DNA from: a virus
Taxonomy: Duplodnaviria; Caudoviricetes
Length of the DNA stretch: 55,299 nt
Reading direction: 5' to 3' (one strand)
IMG/VR virus record: IMGVR_UViG_3300027822_000016
Location: 1-55,299 of that record
Shown: positions 37,709 to 45,840 of the stretch, one piece after another
How positions within the stretch are numbered: the stretch's first letter is position 1
Layout: each line of letters begins with the position of its first letter
Notes under the pieces: model-generated
Told to the model about the DNA's origin: nothing
What the model saw: only the letters and a program-made list of their open reading frames with translations
Databases searched by the model: none
Position numbers and translations under genes: made by a program

Positions 37709-37864
37709 CTACGGATACCTATTGAAGCATGCGCTACACACATACTGATCAGTACCGTTTACCTTTACAGGGGTGCTGCTGAAAGCGTCATTTCGACATT
37801 TCTGCCCACATCCAGCACAGGTAAAGGTGTCGTCGGGGTCAGCAGTTACCAGATACAGTTCCAT
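37709..37864 (-). CDS. Small zinc-ribbon protein (51 aa)
   Basis: Manual translation MELYLVTADPDDTFTCAGCGQKCRNDAF...VCSAC; matches the repeats in 38626..39108. Confidence 0.65.
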   Translation of the reverse strand: MELYLVTADPDDTFTCAGCGQKCRNDAFSSTPVKVNGTDQYVCSACFNRYP

Positions 37865-38030
37865 CTATTTCCTGCCTTCGTTTGCCACCACGGCATCGAC
37901 ATTCGTGTCGACGCCCAGTTCTGGCCGCCAACGCATGCCGCCAGGAAGACGATAATCCTCCGATGGGAACTGGGACCCGGACGGATCATATTCCTGGTCC
38001 TCGCCAGAATCGGTAGTGTCTGTAGCCATA
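37865..38030 (-). CDS. Small acidic hypothetical protein
   Basis: Likely start MATDTTD behind a class 2 promoter; start coordinate approximate. Confidence 0.55.
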
Positions 38031-38173
38031 ATATTTTCCTTCTCTATTCGTATCCTTGACACTACTAACTATACACCATTTTATGACTGTATCAAGATAT
38101 TGCCTGTATTGGCGAAAAGAAAAGCCTCTTTGCCATTGTGTGCGACAAAGAGGCTTTCTCATTTCGTGGCTAT

Positions 38174-38371
38174 TTACATGGGATCGTATGCGCACCCCTT
38201 CGGAGTCGAAACAGCATCAACACAAACGGGGCACAAAAAGTAGAATTCGTCGCCCCTCGACACGTAAGGATTGAAACCGAAAAGACAGAGAAGACAGCTG
38301 TAGCCGCAGCCTGGGCATCTCATTCTCTCCCACATAAAGCATGCCAGTGTGTGCAGTGTGTTCATGTCCAT
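38174..38371 (-). CDS. Small Cys-rich protein
   Basis: CPGC...CLLC...CPVC; followed by a terminator at about 38119-38160. Confidence 0.6.
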   Translation of the reverse strand: MDMNTLHTLACFMWERMRCPGCGYSCLLCLFGFNPYVSRGDEFYFLCPVCVDAVSTPKGCAYDPM

Positions 38372-38374
38372 GTC

Positions 38375-38791
38375 TCAGAGCTTCCCAGTGCGAAACATCT
38401 CACACGCATCACGCAATCTATCCACGTCATTATACAAATGCGGATAGAAATAGTAGGTAGTATCCGCTACCTGAAGGCTATACACACCTGGTGGAAGGTC
38501 AGGCAGCGATGTCGTATGGACAGTTATGTCAGGCGGCGACGTGGCATGCACCCCAAATCGGCCCCTTCGGGGAAAAACTTCCGTTATCTTGTACGTGCAG
38601 GTGAATACGTCATCCGCAACCTTTTTTATATGCACGCCAAGGTGAAAAATGTTTGAGTCCTTCGAGAACTTCGCACATTCCTCTTTGGTGGAGACAGAGA
38701 TTGTCGTGTTGTACGATTTAAATTCCAGTATTCCAGCATCCATAGGTTCGTTCCGTCCTTTCGTAATCCGGGAAGTTTTTTTCCCCCCCAT
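38375..38791 (-). CDS. LP-x-Y family protein 4
   Basis: FHLGVH...LPDL...LQVADTTY; similar to three upstream ORFs. Confidence 0.65.
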   Translation of the reverse strand: MGGKKTSRITKGRNEPMDAGILEFKSYNTTISVSTKEECAKFSKDSNIFHLGVHIKKVADDVFTCTYKITEVFPRRGRFGVHATSPPDITVHTTSLPDLPPGVYSLQVADTTYYFYPHLYNDVDRLRDACEMFRTGKL

Positions 38792-39108
38792 ATCCGGATG
38801 TACTCCTCATTTTCTGCATAACAATTTCGGCATACGATATGTAGTAATCCTTGGTTTTGTATGGCCCTGTTCGCGCACGAACTGTTTGGCTTGCGTTTTT
38901 CGCACTTCCAGCAGATAAAATTTCCGGCCAGTTCTGTAGCATTCTGCTGCTCTGATGCTGCGTATTTTTCGCAGCACGAGCGGCATACGTCGAGAAAAAC
39001 CCCATCAACAAGTAGGACATCGGCATCGAACGCATCATTTCGTTTGCGTACTTTACACTTCCGACAGATGAATTCCTCCTCTGGGGCCAACCCAAATACA
39101 CGCACCAT
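38626..39108 (-). CDS. Tandem zinc-ribbon protein
   Basis: FICRKC...VCRSC and FICWKC...VCRNC; AGGAGG RBS. Confidence 0.75.
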   Translation of the reverse strand: MVRVFGLAPEEEFICRKCKVRKRNDAFDADVLLVDGVFLDVCRSCCEKYAASEQQNATELAGNFICWKCEKRKPNSSCANRAIQNQGLLHIVCRNCYAENEEYIRIWGGKKLPGLRKDGTNLWMLEYWNLNRTTRQSLSPPKRNVRSSRRTQTFFTLACI

Positions 39109-39146
39109 AGCATCCTCCTTTTTCCAATACGATAATGGACATTCTG

Positions 39147-39560
39147 TCAGTTTTTGAGTTTCTCCAACTGTTCGGCAATCATCTCCAGTTGTTCTGTTTC
39201 AACTTTGTCCACCACAACGTAGGTCACACCATCCACGCATACGGTGCGCTTTGCTAACGAAACCACTGGAAGATCTTCGTTTTCAATCACCACTTTGTCC
39301 TGTATGCCTCTAACATTGTGCATGCCGAGAATGGTGTGAGAAAAAGATGGCTTATTGGCGTTGCTGCAACAGGAAAACTTGTAATCGTACTTTTTAAGTC
39401 CGTGGATCATGTACAGGCTGAATCTAAAATCTCTGTTCTCCCGTTTCGCGTCTGCTGGAATCGCTTCCGCTCTTGATTTCCTTCGCATCATCATTCTCCA
39501 TCTCGCTTTGTCGACACAGGCACTCCCGTAACATTCAATACGTGTACTGTGCCAATTCAA
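39147..39560 (-). CDS. LP-x-Y family protein 3
   Basis: FRFSL...LPVVS...VDGVTY...EQL; start uncertain. Confidence 0.7.
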   Translation of the reverse strand: MNWHSTRIECYGSACVDKARWRMMMRRKSRAEAIPADAKRENRDFRFSLYMIHGLKKYDYKFSCCSNANKPSFSHTILGMHNVRGIQDKVVIENEDLPVVSLAKRTVCVDGVTYVVVDKVETEQLEMIAEQLEKLKN

Positions 39561-39987
39561 TACTGCCCGTTTCGTCTACACCACACTTGTCGTGATACCC
39601 CTGCTCAAGGTAGATATCACTCATGTCTCTCGCTGTTGCGCAAAATGCGCACCGTCCTGTCTCCCTGGCAAAAAATGCCCTGTACTTGTCAAGTCCGTAC
39701 GGCGAGAGTCTCGTCAACATTTTCATCGGACCCTCATACTCCCCCTGGTACTTTTCGTAGCGTGCAAAAGCAGCTATGTACTGCCTGCCGACGACTACCC
39801 CTGATCGGTAGTCCCGCAATGAGGTACCCGACAAGGGCACAGCAAGGACTATCCTCTCGACACGACCAGAAGGGATCACCCGAAAAGCCGTGTTTTTCGG
39901 CCATTCCACTTTCTCGATTGTTTCAAGACCGTCCGGTGTATCGAGATAGTAAAATCCGTTTGGTATGACATCAAGGTTTACTTCCAT
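39535..39987 (-). CDS. Second DUF6011-like protein
   Basis: LDVIPNGFY...VGRQ...Y.G...RCAFC...C, colinear with 36941..37312. Confidence 0.65.
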   Translation of the reverse strand: MEVNLDVIPNGFYYLDTPDGLETIEKVEWPKNTAFRVIPSGRVERIVLAVPLSGTSLRDYRSGVVVGRQYIAAFARYEKYQGEYEGPMKMLTRLSPYGLDKYRAFFARETGRCAFCATARDMSDIYLEQGYHDKCGVDETGSIELAQYTY

Positions 39988-40192
39988 CGATTCTCATTTC
40001 TGTTCCTCTTGCTGACGTTACCAACTCTAGCTTGTTTCTATGACCACATCAAGAATCTATTCTGTTCTTTAGTGACTCTCTCATTCCGGACAGAAAAAAA
40101 CCCCTACTCATGTCGACAACATGAATAGGGGTTTGAGTCACATATCAGACTTATGTCTGGTGTCTCCTCCACTTGCTATTCCGGAATACCAT

Positions 40193-40759
40193 TCATCGGG
40201 GCATCCCGACCTCGTATTCGTCGCGAAGAGCAGGTGGATGGGCGTCGACATCGGCTGCATCCGCGACCGCAAACACCAAAAGATATCGAAAGAGCCAAAG
40301 AAGTCGAGCAGTCCGAGCAGCAACGAGACCACTCGCGTGCAGAACGGCAAGCTCCCACTGTGCCCCTGTGTCGGGAGGACCGTCGAAAAGGAATGCAGCA
40401 AGGAAAATAGGGAGCATCAGGAGTGGTAGACGAATAACACTTACCCATATGGATACGATACTATCCCCGGATTTTCGCATGACGTTAGGTACACGAGATC
40501 CTGCCCCGCGGAAAAGTAGGATGCCATAGGAGGTCATTGTGAACACGACAATGATACTGGTGATCTGCGCGAGTAGCGCATAGAATCCTTGGCGCGTCAA
40601 AAGGTTAACCTCTTCAAGCGGTGCGCCAAGAAGAATGAGTGTCTCATGGATGGCGACGCCGATGGCGAGGCCGATATTGATGTCCAGGAGGGGATGTTTT
40701 GCCCACATGTCCGCGCACCATTCTGAGGCGACGCGAAAACTGGCCGGTTTTCTGATCAT
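40193..40759 (-). CDS. Four-TM membrane protein
   Basis: About four hydrophobic segments; own promoter (40799-40826) and terminator (about 40095-40135). Confidence 0.75.
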   Translation of the reverse strand: MIRKPASFRVASEWCADMWAKHPLLDINIGLAIGVAIHETLILLGAPLEEVNLLTRQGFYALLAQITSIIVVFTMTSYGILLFRGAGSRVPNVMRKSGDSIVSIWVSVIRLPLLMLPIFLAAFLFDGPPDTGAQWELAVLHASGLVAARTARLLWLFRYLLVFAVADAADVDAHPPALRDEYEVGMPR

Positions 40760-40861
40760 TTTTTGTGCTTTCTGCCGTACGTGTTGGTGACACTACCTAT
40801 TCTATGCGATTTTATGATCCAGTCAAGAATCTTCTGCTTGGGGCTTTCATTCTGGGCATAG

Positions 40862-41017
40862 AAAAAGCCTCTGTCCCTGACATCGATAGGGACAGAGGCT
40901 TCCACTTCAGAGTCGCAAAAAATTTCTGGCGAGCTGTTTTGCGGACGTCTCACCAGAAATATGTAATAGTACCTAGAGGTATCAACTCGAATGGAGACAC
41001 CTACGATCTACCTTGCA
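40862..41017 (-). ncRNA. Predicted small RNA E
   Basis: TTGACA-N17-TATTCT at 41024-41052; terminator 40862-40901; no credible ORF between them. Confidence 0.45.
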
Positions 41018-41056
41018 TTTTCCAGAATACATGATTTCTGTGACTCTGTCAAGCAT

Positions 41057-41428
41057 TCAAAGGTAAAGCTCCTTTATCTCCTCCAACTGGGCATTCACCC
41101 GCTCCAGATATTGTCTATCCGCTTTAAGCGGGACGTCATATTCAACGCCGTCCAGGTAGAGGACACGTTTTTCGGGGTCAAGTGCCGGGAGTACATCAGT
41201 TTTGCTGTAGAGGACATCGTCATGGCTTCCGATATTGTACTTGCACTCTATATGGTGGTCGTAGAGGCCGCCCCCAACTCTGTGTGACTTGACCACGATG
41301 TCACAGCGAATTTCGTAGAGCATGTCGCGTCCGACGTCTGTGTAGTGGACGGGCAATCGAAATACGTACGTTCTTTTTTCGTCTGTTGGCATGGTATCTC
41401 TCTTTGTAATTACGGTAACACTACCCAT
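41057..41428 (-). CDS. LP-x-Y family protein 2
   Basis: YVFRLPVH...LPALD...LDGVEY...QL; likely start is the internal MPTDEK. Confidence 0.75.
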   Translation of the reverse strand: MGSVTVITKRDTMPTDEKRTYVFRLPVHYTDVGRDMLYEIRCDIVVKSHRVGGGLYDHHIECKYNIGSHDDVLYSKTDVLPALDPEKRVLYLDGVEYDVPLKADRQYLERVNAQLEEIKELYL

Positions 41429-41496
41429 TCCATACGACTCTGTGACCCAGTCAAGAATCTTCTACTGGCAGTGATGAGGTGGAGAGACTTGCATTT

Positions 41497-41554
41497 CAGA
41501 AACACGATTCCCGGCGAGAAATTTGCAAAAAACTCGCCGGGAATCGTGTTTCTG
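41497..41554. repeat. Perfect 22-bp inverted repeat
   Basis: CAGAAACACGATTCCCGGCGAG (41497-41518) and its complement (41533-41554). Confidence 0.9.
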
Positions 41555-41668
41555 TGTTTGGAACTTGAGGACAGTATTCTCATTTCTCCCATAAAAACAC
41601 TGACTCAAATACCTTCGCCTATCATACCAAAAAATTATGACTGCGCCAGTTTTTTCTATGCTGCAGAC

Positions 41669-41818
41669 AAAAAGAAAGCGAGGACCTCGTTACAGATCCT
41701 CGCTTCCCAAGCGGGTGACTCTCCGGCAGACTAGGAGCGTAACGACTCTATCCGCCGTCGAGAAATCACTCACATTCCCAGAAAGGGTAGAGAAAGACGC
41801 ACTAAAATCTCTACTCCC
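41669..41818 (-). ncRNA. Predicted structured small RNA F
   Basis: TTGACG-N17-TAGCAT at 41825-41853; long imperfect stem 41715-41769; terminator 41669-41705. Confidence 0.55.
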
Positions 41819-41849
41819 ACATTCATGCTACACCGATACTATGACACCG

Positions 41850-42296
41850 TCAAGAAACAACTTTTTCCGTCCAATCTCCAAAGCGGACTTTCAGCTGCTC
41901 GGAGACCCCTGCCAAATAACTTGTCTCCACAACATCTGCTACGTCGTAGGTTTTTTCATTCACTCGTATCGTATGCTCTACGATGGATATTTTTGGGAGC
42001 GCACTATTTACAGTGACAGATATCGAGGTGACTGATCCGTCCACCAGTTCTGTGATTTTGTGTCCGCACACCAAGTTGTCGTCATTACTCCCGGAGAATA
42101 TGTACACTAATTCGCCTACCTGGCCACCTGGTAGTTCTTCTGTCTCAATGATTGGCAACTTGAAAGCGTAGATCGATCGCGGTTTTTCTCTTTCTTCGTG
42201 TCTTACCTCCCCTTTGTATTCTCCCCATTCCGCACGGTCTCGCTCCAGTTCTGCAAATCCCTCGAATCTCACGTCTTCGTTTTTTTCGTGCTGCAT
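41850..42296 (-). CDS. LP-x-Y family protein 1
   Basis: YAFKLPI...LPKIS...VNEKTY...EQL. Confidence 0.75.
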   Translation of the reverse strand: MQHEKNEDVRFEGFAELERDRAEWGEYKGEVRHEEREKPRSIYAFKLPIIETEELPGGQVGELVYIFSGSNDDNLVCGHKITELVDGSVTSISVTVNSALPKISIVEHTIRVNEKTYDVADVVETSYLAGVSEQLKVRFGDWTEKVVS

Positions 42297-42482
42297 TCTT
42301 TCCCATCTCTGTTTTGCTTATTGACACCATCAACTTTACTCTATTTGTATGGCCCAGTCTAGAGATCTACTGGTTGCAGGGGCACAAAAAAATCTCCCGC
42401 CACCAACAGAGATGGTAATGGGAGATTTTATCGGTAGAATAATGTTTTTGTTGTGACACTGCAAGTTTATCGTGGGATGCCC

Positions 42483-43106
42483 TCACCGACTACGATCTTG
42501 CCTTGTCTTTTTCGCAATCGCAGGAAAAATTGCCATCAGCGTCTCCATTTTCATCAGCCCAAGAGAGACACGAATCTTGCATGTGACATAGTCGGCAAGC
42601 TGTTGCCTTGCCTCCTGCTCACTCTGATCTTCGGCGATCCATTTTAGGTACTTCAACCCTCCGAACACTGTCGGTAGCCAGTCAGCCACCGCTACCAGAT
42701 CGTATATTTTGCCGCGGTACAGTGTGCCGTCCAGTGGGCGGGGGAAATTTTCACCTATATGCACGCGACCATCGACAACGTTGCTTACGTTTTGGGTTTC
42801 GAGTCGTTTCGGACTCCCGACATAAACGGTAAAAATGTCCCGCACCTCACCAAGACCACCGATTAACAGGGCACTTTTGTATATTGCGTCCTGGAGTGCC
42901 CCTTCCAAGATCAAACGACTGGATTCGGCACTCACTTTCTGGCTGCAGGATAACGAGATCTCTTTAATGTCGAGAGATTTGAGCAGTCTCTCGACGTTGA
43001 TGGCCGGGGTGTGGACGAGGTCACCGTTGTCGTCTCTCGGGGCATAGAATCCCATAGGAATGGGTTGTTTCTGCACTTGACTTGCGTCTTTTATAAGCAT
43101 TTCCAT
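42483..43106 (-). CDS. Hypothetical protein
   Basis: 207 aa abutting the resolvase gene. Confidence 0.7.
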   Translation of the reverse strand: MEMLIKDASQVQKQPIPMGFYAPRDDNGDLVHTPAINVERLLKSLDIKEISLSCSQKVSAESSRLILEGALQDAIYKSALLIGGLGEVRDIFTVYVGSPKRLETQNVSNVVDGRVHIGENFPRPLDGTLYRGKIYDLVAVADWLPTVFGGLKYLKWIAEDQSEQEARQQLADYVTCKIRVSLGLMKMETLMAIFPAIAKKTRQDRSR

Positions 43107-43111
43107 TTTAT

Positions 43112-43534
43112 TTAGCTCCCATCATTAATATTTTTCATACCTATTAAATCATTAATTATATGCCTTGCACAAGGCCAATTTTCCCGGCGCATGCTGGGAA
43201 TTCTCTCGCCAGTGAGCAGGTAGAATACATCTGGAGTGCGCCGACCTTTCACCACATCGCCTTGTTGCGCCACTATGGGGTAGACCGGTAGCCCGTACTC
43301 CTTCCACATGACATTTGTGACAATGTTATAAAAACTATTCCATTCCCCAGCGGATATCGATTTCGCCCCAGTCTTGCACTGCACAAGCAAAATTTGTCGA
43401 TGCCCCATTGCAATAACATCTGCGCCCATAGCACTTTTGCTCCCGGCAAAACGTGCCGCCACATACCCCACGTCCGACAAGGACGCAACGACGACACGCT
43501 CAAAAGCCGCACCTCTCTGATAATTCGTCATCAC
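43112..43534 (-). CDS. Holliday junction resolvase (Hjc-like PD-(D/E)XK)
   Basis: YQRGAAFER...AGSK...ADVIA...LVQCK. Confidence 0.82.
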   Translation of the reverse strand: MMTNYQRGAAFERVVVASLSDVGYVAARFAGSKSAMGADVIAMGHRQILLVQCKTGAKSISAGEWNSFYNIVTNVMWKEYGLPVYPIVAQQGDVVKGRRTPDVFYLLTGERIPSMRRENWPCARHIINDLIGMKNINDGS

Positions 43535-44583
43535 ACAACCTCCTTCGCCTTCATCTCGGCCTTGACTTGTTTTCTCCGATCCTTGAACCCTTCATGTCTG
43601 CAGATGGATGATGGGGATACGCCAATCTCCTCTGCAATGATGTTGTCCATTTTCATGCGTCCTTCATCGTCGAACCAGTTCCCGGATTGCACACCAGCGT
43701 CATCCAGCCAATCCTCAATTGCAGTACGTGCTGTGCCTCGTTTGATCGGGATCACACCCGCCGCAATTTCACGGGCTGATTGCAATGCAATTTCATTTTC
43801 ACGATCCAACCCCGCTGCAATTTCACGAGCTGATTGCAATGCAATTTCACTCCTTGGATTCTGTGCAATTTCATGCGCTGCCTCCTCTGCAATTTCATAC
43901 GCTGATTTCACTGCAATTTCATGCGATGATTTCACTGCAATTTCACTCCTCGGATTCTGTGCAATTTCAGGCTGCACCACAATTTCAGACTTCATCGCCT
44001 CAACATGACTGCGATTCACCACAGCAAAAAGCCTCGTCAACCGCAGCACGCCCTCGATTAAGAGGACAAATACTGTCGATGGCAGAGCTTCAAAAATCGC
44101 ATACCCCGCGTGCCCCACTACAAATAGGGCATACGACGCATTGAGTACGAGCGTGGAGATACCAACACCAAGCATCGCCCAGCGAAAAAGTTGCATCGCA
44201 CTGGCATGCTCCCTCTGCAGCTCTTTCTCGTCATCACCTGGCGAGAGCAGCACAAAAATCAAATTCACACTAACCAGAAAGAGCAAAAACGTATCTAGCA
44301 TTGGTGCTACCAACACTGACAAATTGTCAGGGACACCCAGATAGGCTCCCAATCCCTGGATATTTCGGAACGAAAAAAGATACGCGCACCAAATCAATGC
44401 CCCCGTTGTTGCAAACGATGTGAGAAACATCAATCCCAACACATCGTTACGGACATTGAAAATTCTGTTTTTCAATGTCCGTAACGAATGCACAAAACGT
44501 TGCTTCCGAGCGGCACGAGCGCTCTCACGCACCATTTTCCTCTCCCGTTTCTCCCTCATTTTCACCTGATATTTCGTCTCCAT
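43531..44583 (-). CDS. DUF2637/Spd-like membrane protein with EIA repeats and C-terminal HTH-like motif
   Basis: Four TM segments with SF..I..L, PMLD, LN and LP...E pattern; IAEEIGVSPSSICR at the C-terminus. Confidence 0.65.
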   Translation of the reverse strand: METKYQVKMREKRERKMVRESARAARKQRFVHSLRTLKNRIFNVRNDVLGLMFLTSFATTGALIWCAYLFSFRNIQGLGAYLGVPDNLSVLVAPMLDTFLLFLVSVNLIFVLLSPGDDEKELQREHASAMQLFRWAMLGVGISTLVLNASYALFVVGHAGYAIFEALPSTVFVLLIEGVLRLTRLFAVVNRSHVEAMKSEIVVQPEIAQNPRSEIAVKSSHEIAVKSAYEIAEEAAHEIAQNPRSEIALQSAREIAAGLDRENEIALQSAREIAAGVIPIKRGTARTAIEDWLDDAGVQSGNWFDDEGRMKMDNIIAEEIGVSPSSICRHEGFKDRRKQVKAEMKAKEVV

Positions 44584-44678
44584 TTTCTTCTCCTCTCCCC
44601 CTAAGAACCCCGAAGGGGTTGCCGTCGATTTTTATGCGGTCTGACCTGCACTTTTCAATTTTTGATTCCGGACAGTTC

Positions 44679-45716
44679 CTAGTCATTTCCTGGTCGGTTT
44701 CCCACTCGATCTCCCGTTCGGTTTCCCACCCGGTTTCCCACTCGATTTCCCGTTGGGTTTCCACCGTTCTCAATGCTCCTGCGCTTTGGCGGAGCCAAGG
44801 AGAAGAGGGTCATCGGTCGGTCCTTGGCAGCATGGCTTCCCAGTTTTCCCCATATTGCGGAGAGGGCGCCATGCTCGTAGTCGGGTGTGAAGAATGCCTT
44901 TTTTGTAGCGACGCCGACGTTAAAACCTGGGGGCATTTCGGTGTTTCTGTGGGTTTCCCAGATTGCTTTTGCGCATTCTTTGCCGCCGAATCCACGCCGG
45001 TCGTCTTCTGTAATGATGAGTAGGCGGGGGAATTCTCCTCCGGGGAAGCGTTCTCGCCATGCGTCTGGGGTGTTGTACAAATGCTTATATTTTTGCACTT
45101 TTTCTGCTAGTTTGCTTACTCCTTGTGTGCCTCTGTCCAGCTCAATGATGAGTGGCACTACTGTTATCTGCCCGTTGCGCACCGCGATGTAGTGCAGGAT
45201 CATGTCGGAGATCAGCAGTTGCTCATCACCTCGTTTTGTTTTGCGGTACTTGAACGCAATTTCGTGCTCCCATGCGTATGGGTCGCACTGGTCGCCCATT
45301 GTTAGTGCGATTTCGCAGAATCGCAGTCCGACCCGGTTGGCGAGGAGCGGATGGTAGGGCCATATTCTCCCTGTTGGGTTGTGCAGCCATCCACGGTCAA
45401 GCTTTGGATTCCCTTGGCATACTGCGTCGATTCCTTTTTCCGTCGCATGCCAGCAGACCCGATTTTTCTTGCCGACCTCGCCAGTGCGTTTGTTGATGTA
45501 CTCACCATTTTTCAGTGTTGTCAAGTGGTCGTTAAATTTACTCAGGGGTGATAAGCCCAGGTAGAAATGCATTTTTTGTAGTGTGCTGGAGGTGATGTAT
45601 CTGTGTTGGGTAAGTAACGTCACCGTGGTGGCTTGCCGCTCGGAAAACACAGATGCGCCACTTTCCCCCCCTTTCTCTGGTGGTGTCCCTCGCGGTTTTG
45701 TCTCTGTCGCTCGCAT
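44679..45716 (-). CDS. Replication-relaxation family protein (putative relaxase)
   Basis: L.QHRYITS winged-helix start, W.AT.KG, HPLLAN, WEHE, SD, IELDRGT, KVQKY, FPRLLII. Confidence 0.8.
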   Translation of the reverse strand: MRATETKPRGTPPEKGGESGASVFSERQATTVTLLTQHRYITSSTLQKMHFYLGLSPLSKFNDHLTTLKNGEYINKRTGEVGKKNRVCWHATEKGIDAVCQGNPKLDRGWLHNPTGRIWPYHPLLANRVGLRFCEIALTMGDQCDPYAWEHEIAFKYRKTKRGDEQLLISDMILHYIAVRNGQITVVPLIIELDRGTQGVSKLAEKVQKYKHLYNTPDAWRERFPGGEFPRLLIITEDDRRGFGGKECAKAIWETHRNTEMPPGFNVGVATKKAFFTPDYEHGALSAIWGKLGSHAAKDRPMTLFSLAPPKRRSIENGGNPTGNRVGNRVGNRTGDRVGNRPGND

Positions 45717-45746
45717 ACTTTGGCCCCATTTCGTGAAATTTCACAG

Positions 45747-45825
45747 GAAATTGCACATCCGTCATTGTCGTTACTCCGTCAACACATTTATTACGTAGTA
45801 TAGTTGTGCAATTTCATCCACGCCA
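45747..45825 (-). promoter_or_regulatory. Inverted-repeat-flanked core with promoter (candidate oriT/operator)
   Basis: GAAATTGCACA 45747-45757 and TGTGCAATTTC 45805-45815; TGGCGT-N17-TATACT at 45797-45825. Confidence 0.5.
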
Positions 45826-45840
45826 TCTAGAATTTTTGAC

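Larger units (their letters stand above)
38084..42360 (-). promoter_or_regulatory. Class 2 cassette promoters with TGAC-N3-GTCA palindrome overlapping the -35, 7 copies
   Basis: Copies at 38084, 40041, 40815, 41041, 41443, 41842 and a degenerate one at 42350; each followed by AG on + (CTTGAY on -). Confidence 0.75.

Noticed and set aside
44525-44773. 82-aa acidic repeat ORF
   Set aside because: Overlaps both neighbours and is an alternative-frame reading of DNA repeats; cannot be fully excluded
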